Of a stretch of 64,000 bases of DNA, positions 49,292 to 58,655 are shown piece after piece. The notes under the pieces were generated by a model. It saw nothing but the letters and a program-made list of their open reading frames with translations. It was not told where the DNA came from and did not search any database. Source of the stretch: Candidatus Multivoradales bacterium (GTDB lineage: Bacteria; Acidobacteriota; Thermoanaerobaculia; Multivoradales; J023); NCBI GenBank assembly GCA_965248925.1, contig CBDFLE010000005.1, positions 1,664,001-1,728,000 of the forward strand, written 5' to 3'. The position numbers and the translations under genes were made by a program. The stretch's first letter is position 1; each line of letters starts with the position of its first letter.

Positions 49292-50641
49292 CTACTTCGT
49301 AGAGCGTCCGCGCAACAGCGGGTAGAAAACCTCCACCCGGGTGCCTTCGCCAGGACGCGATTTGAGCTTCAGCTTGGCGCCGATCGCTTCGGCGCGCTCG
49401 CGCATGGTCGCCAGGCCAAAGCGCGGCATTTGGCTGCGGCCCAGGGCGGCGGGATCGAACCCTACCCCGCGATCCGCCACCACGATCAAGATACCGTCGC
49501 CACGATGCTCGACCACCACCTCGGCCTGCTGTGCGCCGGAGTGTTTGCGCACATTGGCCAGCGCCTCCTGCAGGATCCGCAACAGCTGCAACTCGATATC
49601 GGTGGTCAGCCCCGGCACTTCCTCGGCCCGCAGTTCGACGGTGATGCCCGACTGATCCTGCCATGCCTCGATGTGGTGGCGAACGGTGTCGCCGAAGCCA
49701 GTCTCACCGTCGGTAATGGTGCGCAGGCCGAGAATACCCTCTCGAACGTCGGCATAGACCTCGCGCGCGGCCTTGGCCAGATCCCCTAAGTGCTGGCGCG
49801 CCTCCTCGCTACGCCCCGAGCGCAACAGCTCTTCCACCGCTTGGGCCTTGGTGTTGACGTAGGCCAGCACCTGCGCCTGGCCATCGTGCATCTCATGGGC
49901 CAGCCGCAGCCGCTCCTGCGCCACCGCCAGCGTGCCTACCTGAGCGTGTAGATGAGCATTGTCGACCGCGATCCCGGCCTGGCTGGCGAAGCGCGCCAAG
50001 GTGTCCTCCTCCTCGGCCGAGAACGGCTCTCCGTCGAGCTTTTGCGATAGGTAGAGATTGCCGCGAAACGGTCCGCTGCAAACCACCGGCACCGCCAGCA
50101 ACGACTGCATGGCCGGATGATCGGCGGGAAAGCCGCAAGAGCGCGCGTCGGTACCGATTTCGTCAACCCGCAAACACTGCCCTTGGCGCAGGGATACTCC
50201 CAGTAATCCCCTGCCGACCGGCAGATCGCCAATACGCTGCCGCTCCTGCTCGCCAACTCCGGTGGTGACGAAGCTGCGAATCGCGCCTTCATCGTCGTAG
50301 ACCGCCAGGGCGCCATAGTGAGTGCTGATCAGGTTGCAAGCTAGGTCGACGATCTTCTGCAATACCAGATCGAGGGATAGCTCCGAAGATATTTCCAAAC
50401 TGGCACCCCGCAGCGCCACCAGCTCACGGTTCTGGCGTTGAAGCTGGTGCTGCATCTCGTCGATCAGAGCAAAAACAAAGCCATAAAAGAACACCGCGCC
50501 AAGCAATACAACCCCATCCATCAGCAGCCGTCCCTGCCACGATCCAAGCACCGACGCGAAGGCGTAGCGGGCATACTCCAGCACACCGACAAAGACGATC
50601 GGCGCAAGCATGGCGAGCCATTTGAGACGGCGAAAACTCAC
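49292..50641 (-). CDS. Sensor histidine kinase (2 TM, GAF, HisKA_3, HATPase)
   Basis: GAF region HYGALAV...GRGLLG...GFP.DHPAMQSLL.VP; ERLRLAHEMHD; QEALANVRKHS, DRGVGF and GLATMRERA. Confidence 0.93.
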   Translation of the reverse strand: MSFRRLKWLAMLAPIVFVGVLEYARYAFASVLGSWQGRLLMDGVVLLGAVFFYGFVFALIDEMQHQLQRQNRELVALRGASLEISSELSLDLVLQKIVDLACNLISTHYGALAVYDDEGAIRSFVTTGVGEQERQRIGDLPVGRGLLGVSLRQGQCLRVDEIGTDARSCGFPADHPAMQSLLAVPVVCSGPFRGNLYLSQKLDGEPFSAEEEDTLARFASQAGIAVDNAHLHAQVGTLAVAQERLRLAHEMHDGQAQVLAYVNTKAQAVEELLRSGRSEEARQHLGDLAKAAREVYADVREGILGLRTITDGETGFGDTVRHHIEAWQDQSGITVELRAEEVPGLTTDIELQLLRILQEALANVRKHSGAQQAEVVVEHRGDGILIVVADRGVGFDPAALGRSQMPRFGLATMRERAEAIGAKLKLKSRPGEGTRVEVFYPLLRGRSTK

Positions 50642-50726
50642 GACGGTCGAAGACCTCCGGCGGCGGGTCGATAGAAATAGCGTCTACTCGGAAAGCTATT
50701 CGATGCTAGCACGTCGAGTCTTTCTC

Positions 50727-50742
50727 CCACCCGCCGAGGTGG
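50727..50742. promoter_or_regulatory. Candidate palindromic regulator site CCACC-N6-GGTGG in the divergent promoter region
   Basis: Perfect 6-bp arms CCCACC/GGTGGG between the divergent kinase and DUF2892 genes. Confidence 0.35.
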
Positions 50743-50862
50743 GCAGAAACCCTACCCTAGAGGCCGTTTCCTCAAGCTTGCTAAGCGCGAGATCATCCGC
50801 TCAGGATGCTCGGATGCTCATATCGGCCGGCAAAATTTGTCTCTTATGAAGTTCAACCGCAA

Positions 50863-51060
50863 ATGAAGTTCAACAACACAGGATCCGGCGAGCGGCTGGC
50901 TCGCATTCTCATCGGCATCTTGCTGTTGGCGATCGGCTGGCGAGCCGAAGTGGGTTCGTGGTCATTGCCACTGCGGGTCTTCGCCCTCTACCCGCTGGTC
51001 ACCGGCCTGGCGGGTTGGTGTCCGATCTACTCCTTGTTGCGTATCGGCGCCCGGCGTTAG
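50863..51060 (+). CDS. DUF2892 / YgaP-like small membrane protein
   Basis: N.G..ER.ARI.IG...L.TGL.GWCPIY.LL.I pattern. Confidence 0.85.
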   Translation: MKFNNTGSGERLARILIGILLLAIGWRAEVGSWSLPLRVFALYPLVTGLAGWCPIYSLLRIGARR

Positions 51061-51354
51061 GCGCAAGGAGGCTCGCTGGCGGCTAGATCTTCCAGTGGCT
51101 GCCAGAATTCGACCCAGACAACCTAGCTCTCGAGTCACAGCCGCTTAGTTCTCACCGTAGTTAGCGCTGGCGCAAGTCCTCACGACCCACTTCCCGCCTG
51201 CCGGGGTGGGCAGCTTCTCTCTAGTTGTCCGCCGTCGGGATGGGCGAGCCCACCCGACAGAGCTTGCCCATACCACCCTGAAGGCTGTTGTTGCTCGATC
51301 GGCTGGCGCCCATGATTACCGCCGGATGATCGAAATATCGCCAGGGGAGAACCG

Positions 51355-51771
51355 ATGCGACCTATCACTGTCGCCGAGTTGATGAGCCGCGAGCTGATCA
51401 CTGTCGGCGCCGACGATACGCTGGCCGTGCTGCGCGACAAGATGTACGCCAATCACATTCGCCACATTCCAGTGATCGATCAGCGAGGTGGTTTGGTGGG
51501 CCTGGTTTCGCACCGTGACCTGCTGCGCAACACGTTGATGGAAAGACGGCAAATTTCGCAGTATGTCGAGGATTCAATCCTAGAAGAATTGGTCGTCAGC
51601 GAAGTGATGACCACCGAACTAGAGATTGCTACCCCAAGAACTAATGTGCGCACTGCCGCTCGCATCATGCTGAACAAGAAACTCGGCTGCTTGCCGGTGG
51701 TCGAAGGCACTCATCTGGTCGGAATCCTCACCGAAGCCGACTTTCTCCGAGCCGCGCTCTACGAGGACTAG
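51355..51771 (+). CDS. CBS-pair domain protein
   Basis: IRHIPVID...LVGLVSHRDL and LGCLPVVE...LVGILTEADF; GGAG RBS. Confidence 0.92.
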   Translation: MRPITVAELMSRELITVGADDTLAVLRDKMYANHIRHIPVIDQRGGLVGLVSHRDLLRNTLMERRQISQYVEDSILEELVVSEVMTTELEIATPRTNVRTAARIMLNKKLGCLPVVEGTHLVGILTEADFLRAALYED

Positions 51772-51813
51772 CCGGGCCGGGCGCTGATCGAAGAGGCGGA
51801 GGATTACACAACA

Positions 51814-53064
51814 ATGAAAAACCTGGTGGTACTAGGATCCGGAACCGCCGGAACAATTGTTGCCAATCGGCTACAAGAGAGGCTCCCCAGCGACTGGTCA
51901 ATTCGGGTGGTCGACGCTGAGGCTCAACACCTTTATCAACCTGGGCTGTTGTTCCTACCCTTCGGTGCCCGCGACGAAGCCATGATGGTGCGTCCTCGGC
52001 GCCGCACTCTTGCCGGTGACGTCCAATGACTGCACGGCAAGGTCGAGGCGGTTGATCCCGACAGCCGGCAAGTAGTGCTGGCAGATGGCTCGAAACTAGC
52101 CTACGACCTGTTGGTGATCGCCAGCGGCGCGCAAACCCGACCGGGCGAGACCGAGGGCATGCTCGGAGCCCACTGGCGCCAGTCGGTGCACGATTTCTAC
52201 ACTCTCGACGGGCACAGCGCCTGCGCCAGGCGCTGCCGATTTTGACGGTGCAGGCTGCTGCTGAATATTGTCGAGATGCCGATCAAATGCCCGGTGGCGC
52301 CGCTTGAATTCCTCTTTCTGGCTGACGCCTATTTTACCCAACGCGGAATTCGTGACCGGGTGGAGTTGATCTACGCTACCCCCCTCAATGGCGCTTTCAC
52401 CAAACCGGTAGCCGCCCACCACCTGGGGGCGATGCTGGAACAGAAAGGGATCAAGGTCGAGAGTGAATACAACACCGGTGAGGTTGATGGAGACGCCCGG
52501 ATCCTGACGTCGTGGGATGAGCGCGAGCTTGCCTACGACCTGCTGGTCACCGTCCCCACCCACATGGGCGCGCCGTTTGTCGAGGCTTCTGGCCTCGGCA
52601 ATGAGCAGGCCTTTGTACCCACCGAACCGCACAGTCTGTTCGCCAAAGGGCACGACAACATTCTAGTGCTCGGCGACGCTACCGATCTGCAGAGTTCCAA
52701 GGCCGGCTCTGTGGCTCACTTTCAGAGTGAAGTGATCGTCGAGAATGTCCTGCGGACCCTCCGCGGCGACAGCCCGGTCGAGGAATTCGATGGCCACTCC
52801 ACCTGCTTTATTGAAAGCGGTTTCGGCAAAGCCCTGCCGATCGACTTCAACTACGAGACCGAACCCCTGCCAGGCAAGTTTCCGCTGCCCTGGCTGGGAC
52901 CAATGACCCTGCTCGAGGAAAGCCGCCGCAATCACTGGGGCAAGCTCGCCTTTCGTTGGGTCTACTGGAACATGCTGCTGCCCGGCCGGCCGCTGCCCAT
53001 TTCGGGCCGCATGTCGATGTTGGGAAAACGTAGCGATCCAACCACTGTTCAAGCGAATGCTTGA
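51814..53064 (+). pseudogene. sqr: Sulfide:quinone oxidoreductase / FCSD-family flavoprotein, disrupted in this assembly
   Basis: VLGSGTAG, HLYQPG, YDLLVIASG, IKCPVAPLEF, LGDA...SKAGS and FDGHSTCF. In-frame TGA at 52027 and three apparent 1-nt G deletions at ~52213-52250. Confidence 0.85.
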
Positions 53065-53082
53065 TTGACCAGAAGGTGTACC

Positions 53083-53418
53083 GTGTCCAGCCAACAAACC
53101 GTGACTGTCCAGCAATACGCTGGCGCAGATGTCGAGGTCGACGGCGAAGGATTCCTCACCGATAGCGGCGAATGGAAGCCGGAAATCGCGCGCGCCATCG
53201 CTGAGACCGTCGGCATCGAAACGTTGACCACCGAGCATTGGCAGGTCGTCGATTACTGCCGCAAAGATGCCGATGAGCAAGGCCAGCCGCCCGGCTTACG
53301 CCGCATCTCCAAGTTCTCAGGAGTCACCATGAAAACCCTCTACCAACTCTTCCCCAAGGGCCCCGGCAAGCTGGCGGCAAGGATTTCCGGTCTGGCCAAA
53401 CCCAAGGGTTGTATTTGA
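53083..53418 (+). CDS. tusE: TusE/DsrC-family sulfur relay protein (single C-terminal Cys, TusE type)
   Basis: DGEGFL...W...IA, LTTEHWQVV and LFPKGP...AARISGLAKPKGCI. The second DsrC cysteine is absent. Confidence 0.88.
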   Translation: MSSQQTVTVQQYAGADVEVDGEGFLTDSGEWKPEIARAIAETVGIETLTTEHWQVVDYCRKDADEQGQPPGLRRISKFSGVTMKTLYQLFPKGPGKLAARISGLAKPKGCI

Positions 53419-53431
53419 AGGAACAAGAACC

Positions 53432-53978
53432 ATGAGTACACCAAATCTCGTAGAGCAAGCTAGCAGCGGGGCGCAACCCTCCGAGCTGCATCTCGCAGAG
53501 CAGCAGCCACGGCCCAAGGCGATCGAGCACATTGCCATCATCTGCTCGAAGGGCAGCCTCGACATGGCCTATCCGGGCCTGATTCTGGCCAATGCCGCCC
53601 GCATGACGGGCATCGACGCGGCTCTCTTCTTCACCTTCTGGGGCCTCGACATCGTCACCGAGAAGACCATCGACAAGCTGCATGTGCCAACCGTGGGCAA
53701 CCCGTCGATGCATGTACCCACCCTGCTCGGTGGGCTACCGGGCAGGGAGAGCCTGGCCACCCTGATGATGAAGTAAAGACATGGAGCACCTCGAAATCCC
53801 GCCGGTACGTGAGCTGATCGAGATGCTCAGCGACGCTGGCGCCCACCTTTTCGGCTGCCGCATGGCGATGGATATTTTCAAACGCAAACGCGAGGACCTG
53901 GTACCGCAGGTCGAAGAAGTCATCTCAGCGATGGATTTCTACGACAAGGCTGCCGGCGCTCAGATCCTCTTCATCTAG
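53432..53978 (+). pseudogene. DsrE2/DrsE-like sulfur carrier, split by an apparent 1-nt insertion
   Basis: SKGSLDMAYP.LILA..A, FFTFWGL and GCRMAMD. Removing T53774 converts AAG TAA AGA CAT into KKDMEHL and joins the two ORFs. Confidence 0.85.
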
Positions 53979-54084
53979 GAGTCTTCCAGAAGACCCTGGA
54001 GCTTGCTATAAGATCGGCGTGTCGTCGGCGACCCGTCGGCGCCGATCAACGACAGCTAGCAGGTCCCTGCTTGGAGAGTTCCGC

Positions 54085-55557
54085 ATGCCGCCTGAGACAA
54101 CAACCCCTACACCGGCAGCCGCCACCGCCAACCTGGGAGATCAGCCGCCGCCCGCGGCCGCCGACGCGACGAACCGATGGCCAGCGTTCTGCGAGGCCAA
54201 CCCCGGCTTCCAGGAGACTGACATTCTCGATCGTTTGCGGCAGCGCGACTTCAGCCGACTCGACGCCGAGAAACACGTCTACCTCGACTACACCGGTGGC
54301 GGACTGTACGGCGACTGGCAGATTCGCCAGCACATGGCGTTGCTGCTACGCCAAGTGCTGGGCAATCCGCACTCCTCCAACCCGACCTCCTCGGTGGCGA
54401 CGGAGATGGCGGAACGTTGCCGCCGCCATGTACTCGACTACTTCGGTGCCTCGCCCGAGCAGTACGCGGTCATCTTCACCGCCAACGCCAGCCAGGCGCT
54501 CAAGCTAGTCGGTGAGTCCTACCCTTTTGGCCCCGGCGACCGCTTCCTGCTCACCTTCGACAATCACAACTCGGTCAACGGCATCCGCGAGTACGATCGG
54601 GTGCGCGGCGCACAAACCACCTATGTGCCGCTGGTTCCTCCCGACCTGCGAGTCGACCCAGAGACCCTTGATCGCTATCTGGCGGAAGCCGACCCCAGCG
54701 CCAACAATCTCTTCGCATTTCCGGCACAGTCGAACTTCTCCGGCGTCCAACACCCCTTGTCTTGGATCGAACGAGCTCAGTCCCGCGGCTGGGATGTGCT
54801 GCTCGACGCCGCTGCTTTCGTGCCTACCAACAGGCTCGACTTGGCAGCGCTGCGCCCCGACTATGTCGCGCTGTCCTTCTACAAGATGTTCGGCTACCCG
54901 ACCGGCGTCGGTGCTCTGATCGCCAGTCACCGGGCCTTGGCCAAACTGGACCGACCTTGGTTTGCCGGCGGCACCATCTCAGTCGCCTCGGTGCAGGCTG
55001 ACAGCCATGTGCTGGCGGCGGGCGCGGAGGCCTTCGAGGACGGCACCCTTAACTACACCAGCCTTCCGGCGGTCGACCTCGGTCTCGACTTGCTGGACAA
55101 GGTTGGGATTGATTTGGTGCATCAGCGGGTGCAAGCCCTTGCCGCTTGGTTGCTCGATGGCCTGTTGGCGATGCGCCACCACAATGGCGAACTACTGGTG
55201 CGCATCTACGGGCCGCCAACGACCGTCGACCGCGGCGCCACAATCGCTTTTAACTTCTGCGACCCGGACGGCGGAGTGCTGGAGCAAGACGAGATCGAAG
55301 CTCGAGCGACCGCCCAGAACATCTCCTTGCGGACCGGCTGCTTCTGCAATCCCGGCGCCGGCGAGCAGGCCTTCGGACTGTCCCGGCAGCAGATCGTCAG
55401 CTGTCTCCACGACACCGAGCAGTGCATGACCTACGAAGATTTCCGCCGCTGCGTCGACTCCGACTCGACCGGCGCGGTGCGCATCTCCCTCGGCTTGGTC
55501 AGTTCTTTCGAAGACGTCGAGACCTTCCTCTCCTTTACCAAAACCTTTCTCGAGTAG
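54085..55557 (+). CDS. Class-V PLP aminotransferase (cysteine desulfurase / Moco sulfurase N-domain-like)
   Basis: YLDYTGG, GNPHS, DNHNSV, LDAAA, SFYKMFGYPTGVG and LRTGCFCNPG; GGAG plus ATG 54085. Confidence 0.9.
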   Translation: MPPETTTPTPAAATANLGDQPPPAAADATNRWPAFCEANPGFQETDILDRLRQRDFSRLDAEKHVYLDYTGGGLYGDWQIRQHMALLLRQVLGNPHSSNPTSSVATEMAERCRRHVLDYFGASPEQYAVIFTANASQALKLVGESYPFGPGDRFLLTFDNHNSVNGIREYDRVRGAQTTYVPLVPPDLRVDPETLDRYLAEADPSANNLFAFPAQSNFSGVQHPLSWIERAQSRGWDVLLDAAAFVPTNRLDLAALRPDYVALSFYKMFGYPTGVGALIASHRALAKLDRPWFAGGTISVASVQADSHVLAAGAEAFEDGTLNYTSLPAVDLGLDLLDKVGIDLVHQRVQALAAWLLDGLLAMRHHNGELLVRIYGPPTTVDRGATIAFNFCDPDGGVLEQDEIEARATAQNISLRTGCFCNPGAGEQAFGLSRQQIVSCLHDTEQCMTYEDFRRCVDSDSTGAVRISLGLVSSFEDVETFLSFTKTFLE

Positions 55558-55599
55558 CAGCCACCCAAAGAGCCCGCGTTGGAAGTCAGACGCAGGCGG

Positions 55600-56703
55600 T
55601 CACCAGGTCTTCTTCCAACCCCCAAGAACGGCACGAATCGGCCATGGACTCGGCTTCCACCGCTCAGCCGGCCATGGATGGGTCGGGCGGCGGGGGAAGC
55701 GGCTCAACTCGGAGCACCTCAGAAACGGCTGCCAATACTTGGTGAACATCTCCTCGAGGTGCTCTTCCTTGAAAAAGTCGCTATGCTCGAAATTCTCCTG
55801 CGGCAGGTTGACAAGAGCCGAGGCGGCGTTCGGTAGTTCGTCGTCCCATCCGCCCGGCGAGTCGAAGCCGCGGTGCCCGGAAGGTCCCGCGTCGGGCACT
55901 CCAAAGTGTGCCCACGGGATCACTGAGTCCTCGGTCCCATAATGATTGAGTACCCCTTCGACCTGCCCGCGGCGGAAAAGGGTCGCCCAGTCGAAATCGG
56001 GGCGTAGCGCGCTCCCGAGCAGAATTAGACGTCCGATCTTGAGCTTCGGATGGCTGTGGAGAGCGTGACCAATGAGCCAGGTGCCAAAGCTATGAGCGAT
56101 GACGTCAGGTTTGGTCTTGCCAATCACTTGGCGCACTTTCTGCTCGGCGATATGCAGCGTCTTGACGACCGTCTCGACCATCCGGCGCTGGCGGCACTTG
56201 ACGGTCACTCCCAGCGTCCTAAAACCGTATTTCTGGATACGCACCGGCACCATCCGGCCGTAGGACATTGATACGTTCCAACTGAACTCTTCCTGCCACT
56301 CGCCACGCGACAACATGCCATGCAAGGCATAGAGCCAGCCCACATGCCGACGCTCGAACCCGGCACGCCGAATCGCCACGACATGAATCGGTCCCGAATG
56401 GCCCTCGTCGGTGAAACTGTGTTGCTGGGACGCACACAGGTCGCCAATCGGCTTTTGATCTTGTTGCTCTTGGCAGATCGGGCACTTCCAGAACTCCGCC
56501 TCGAGATCGCACCAGACGGTCGAAGCCAGCTCCTTGAGCATTTTGACCGCGACCTCGGCCGGCCGATCGAGGTTGTCGGCGATCGGCCATCGCACCACAC
56601 TTTCGTTGTCGAGATCCACCGGCTCAATGCCGTCGCCCAGCCTTCGCAACTTGATCAGCCACTCGTCCGGATAACGCCCTTTGAGATTGTCGATCACATT
56701 CAT
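55600..56703 (-). CDS. Alpha/beta-fold serine hydrolase with an unknown N-terminal region
   Basis: LHGM..RGEWQ, IAHSFGT (nucleophile elbow), LILLGS, EDSVI, GPSG..GF and FEHSDFF. Confidence 0.72.
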   Translation of the reverse strand: MNVIDNLKGRYPDEWLIKLRRLGDGIEPVDLDNESVVRWPIADNLDRPAEVAVKMLKELASTVWCDLEAEFWKCPICQEQQDQKPIGDLCASQQHSFTDEGHSGPIHVVAIRRAGFERRHVGWLYALHGMLSRGEWQEEFSWNVSMSYGRMVPVRIQKYGFRTLGVTVKCRQRRMVETVVKTLHIAEQKVRQVIGKTKPDVIAHSFGTWLIGHALHSHPKLKIGRLILLGSALRPDFDWATLFRRGQVEGVLNHYGTEDSVIPWAHFGVPDAGPSGHRGFDSPGGWDDELPNAASALVNLPQENFEHSDFFKEEHLEEMFTKYWQPFLRCSELSRFPRRPTHPWPAERWKPSPWPIRAVLGGWKKTW

Positions 56704-57764
56704 CGTACGCCGTCCAGAGTGAGTAAGATGTCCCAGACATCCTCGCGGTCGAGCTCGCTGCCGATCCGGATTCGGCTCTTTGAAGGATAGAGGTGGACGC
56801 GGGTTAGGCGCGAACTGCGGCGGTCAGGATCGGCATTGAAACCGAACTCGCCGGCCGACGCTTCGAAATCTTCTCGTAGGGCCTTCTTCGAGATCGTTCT
56901 GCGCACATCCATGACCGCCGGAGGCAGCGCCCCTGGGGCCGTATTGGTGAACTGCACCGCGGCTCGCTGGTGGGTGAGCTTGGTGGCACGGACCTGATAG
57001 CGCCCCGCTGCTTCGTTCTTGTTGACGACCGCGGAGTCCACCTTCTTGATCAGATCCGACAACTGCCAGGCCCTACCGGCAATCGATCCCAAGTTCCCAC
57101 TGCCGACGGCCACCTTGCCCAAATCGGCCCAAGCCTGCTGGACGGCGCCCGCGTGATCGCTGGTCCTCACGCCTTGGCGCACGAACAAGGCGGCAAGCGC
57201 CCGACGGCTGTCGCGGGGAGCGAGTAGAGCAAAACGGGTCACGATCCGCCCCGGTTGCAGGCGAAAGGCGTCGAAGCGATAGACGTCTCCTTCGATCTCC
57301 TTGCGTTCAATATCCTGCGACGTGTCGCGGACCCAGCCCGGCACCCCCATGTGCCACTCGAAGATCAGCGCCCGCGCGTCGTCGTCGAAGAAGACGCGAG
57401 TGAGTTCGGTCTTGGGCGGAAAGAGGTTCGAGTTGGGAGCGTCCCAGAACTTGGTGAGGCCATTGTTGCGAATCAGTTTCTTAGCAGCGTTCTCGGAACC
57501 GAAATTGGCCCTCGCGGCGAAGGCTTTCGGTACTTCGAACGGGTAGATATGCTGGTTCCCCCACCCTTCGACCTTATCGATCCAATCGTCGAGAATCTTT
57601 GCAGTGAGTTTCCCGCTGTCGATGGCTTTCTTAAGCAATGCCTCGAACTGATCCTTGTTGGCACCAGCACCGAGATTCTTGCTGCGCAGCAACTCACGGA
57701 TGAAGACGTTACCCTGTTTCAACACGATGTGATCGATACGTTCGTATAATTCATTCTCCGACAC
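56700..57764 (-). CDS. Hypothetical cytoplasmic protein
   Basis: 354-aa ORF with AGGAGG RBS and GTG start; ATGA coupling to the hydrolase gene; no motif recognised. Confidence 0.75.
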   Translation of the reverse strand: MSENELYERIDHIVLKQGNVFIRELLRSKNLGAGANKDQFEALLKKAIDSGKLTAKILDDWIDKVEGWGNQHIYPFEVPKAFAARANFGSENAAKKLIRNNGLTKFWDAPNSNLFPPKTELTRVFFDDDARALIFEWHMGVPGWVRDTSQDIERKEIEGDVYRFDAFRLQPGRIVTRFALLAPRDSRRALAALFVRQGVRTSDHAGAVQQAWADLGKVAVGSGNLGSIAGRAWQLSDLIKKVDSAVVNKNEAAGRYQVRATKLTHQRAAVQFTNTAPGALPPAVMDVRRTISKKALREDFEASAGEFGFNADPDRRSSRLTRVHLYPSKSRIRIGSELDREDVWDILLTLDGVR

Positions 57765-57861
57765 AGCTGAGCCCTCCTAATGCTTCTACAGCGCAAACCT
57801 TATTGTGAATCCCCCACTCGAATATGGGACGATCCTGATCCCTGGTGGAAAAAACCTCTCC

Positions 57862-58584
57862 TCAACCCATCAGCCGACTCAGAAAATCACCAATCCAGTA
57901 GGCCAGAGCCGCGGCCCCGCCGCCGATCAATAGAGTCCCCAAGCCAGCCTTCCACCAGGGTTCTACCGACCACCGGCTGCGGGCACAGCCGATGGCAAAG
58001 AACACCAGGCCGGTCATCACGGTGGCTATCGCGAAGGGATGTGCAGAGCCAATCAGGTAGGGCAGCAAGGGCACAACTCCGCAGAGCTGAAAAGCGACAA
58101 AGGTACTCCAGCCAGCCAGCCACGGCGAGCGCACCTCGCCGGGCAAGCCATACTCCTCGCGCAGCATGGCACCGACCCAACGCTCGCGATCGGCGGTGAT
58201 CGCCGCCACCACCTGCGCCAGCTCCTCACCTTCCAGACCTTTGGCGGCGAAGATTTGGCGAATCTCCTCCCGTTCACCGTCTGGATTGTGCTCTATATGG
58301 CGCAGCTCGACGCGGCGCAGATGCTCCAATTCGTCCAACTCAGCGCGGGTTGCCGAATAGTTGCCGGCGGCCATTGAGAAACCATCAGCGACCAGATTGG
58401 CTACGCCGAGAATTACGATCAGCCGCGACTCAAGATCGGCGCCGGCAACCCCCGAGACTATGGCGAAGGTGGTGACCGCGCCATCGATACCGCCATAGAT
58501 CCAATCGCGCAGGTAGCTCAGCCGCGGGCCGGCGGCCAGGCGCTGGCTAATCGCTTCCGGAGTGTGCTCGTGTTCCATTTTCAT
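57862..58584 (-). CDS. VIT1/CCC1-family Fe/Mn transporter
   Basis: YLRDWIYGGIDGAVTTFAIVSG, ANLVADGFSMAAGNY and EREEIRQIF..KG. Confidence 0.93.
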   Translation of the reverse strand: MKMEHEHTPEAISQRLAAGPRLSYLRDWIYGGIDGAVTTFAIVSGVAGADLESRLIVILGVANLVADGFSMAAGNYSATRAELDELEHLRRVELRHIEHNPDGEREEIRQIFAAKGLEGEELAQVVAAITADRERWVGAMLREEYGLPGEVRSPWLAGWSTFVAFQLCGVVPLLPYLIGSAHPFAIATVMTGLVFFAIGCARSRWSVEPWWKAGLGTLLIGGGAAALAYWIGDFLSRLMG

Positions 58585-58655
58585 CGCTAGTTCCCTCTCG
58601 CCCGCAACCGGGCCGCCAGCCAACGCCGGTGAGAGAACTCCGGTGGGAGAACTCG

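Noticed and set aside
48642-49664. 340-aa version of the response regulator
   Set aside because: The extension overlaps the kinase gene out of frame; the receiver domain starts at 49283.
52027-52029. Selenocysteine or TGA-Trp recoding in sqr
   Set aside because: The position is not a catalytic Cys, TGA is the normal stop for many genes here, and nearby indels indicate local sequence error.
53083-53418. DsrC and dissimilatory sulfite reduction
   Set aside because: Only the terminal Cys is present and there is no dsrAB in the window.
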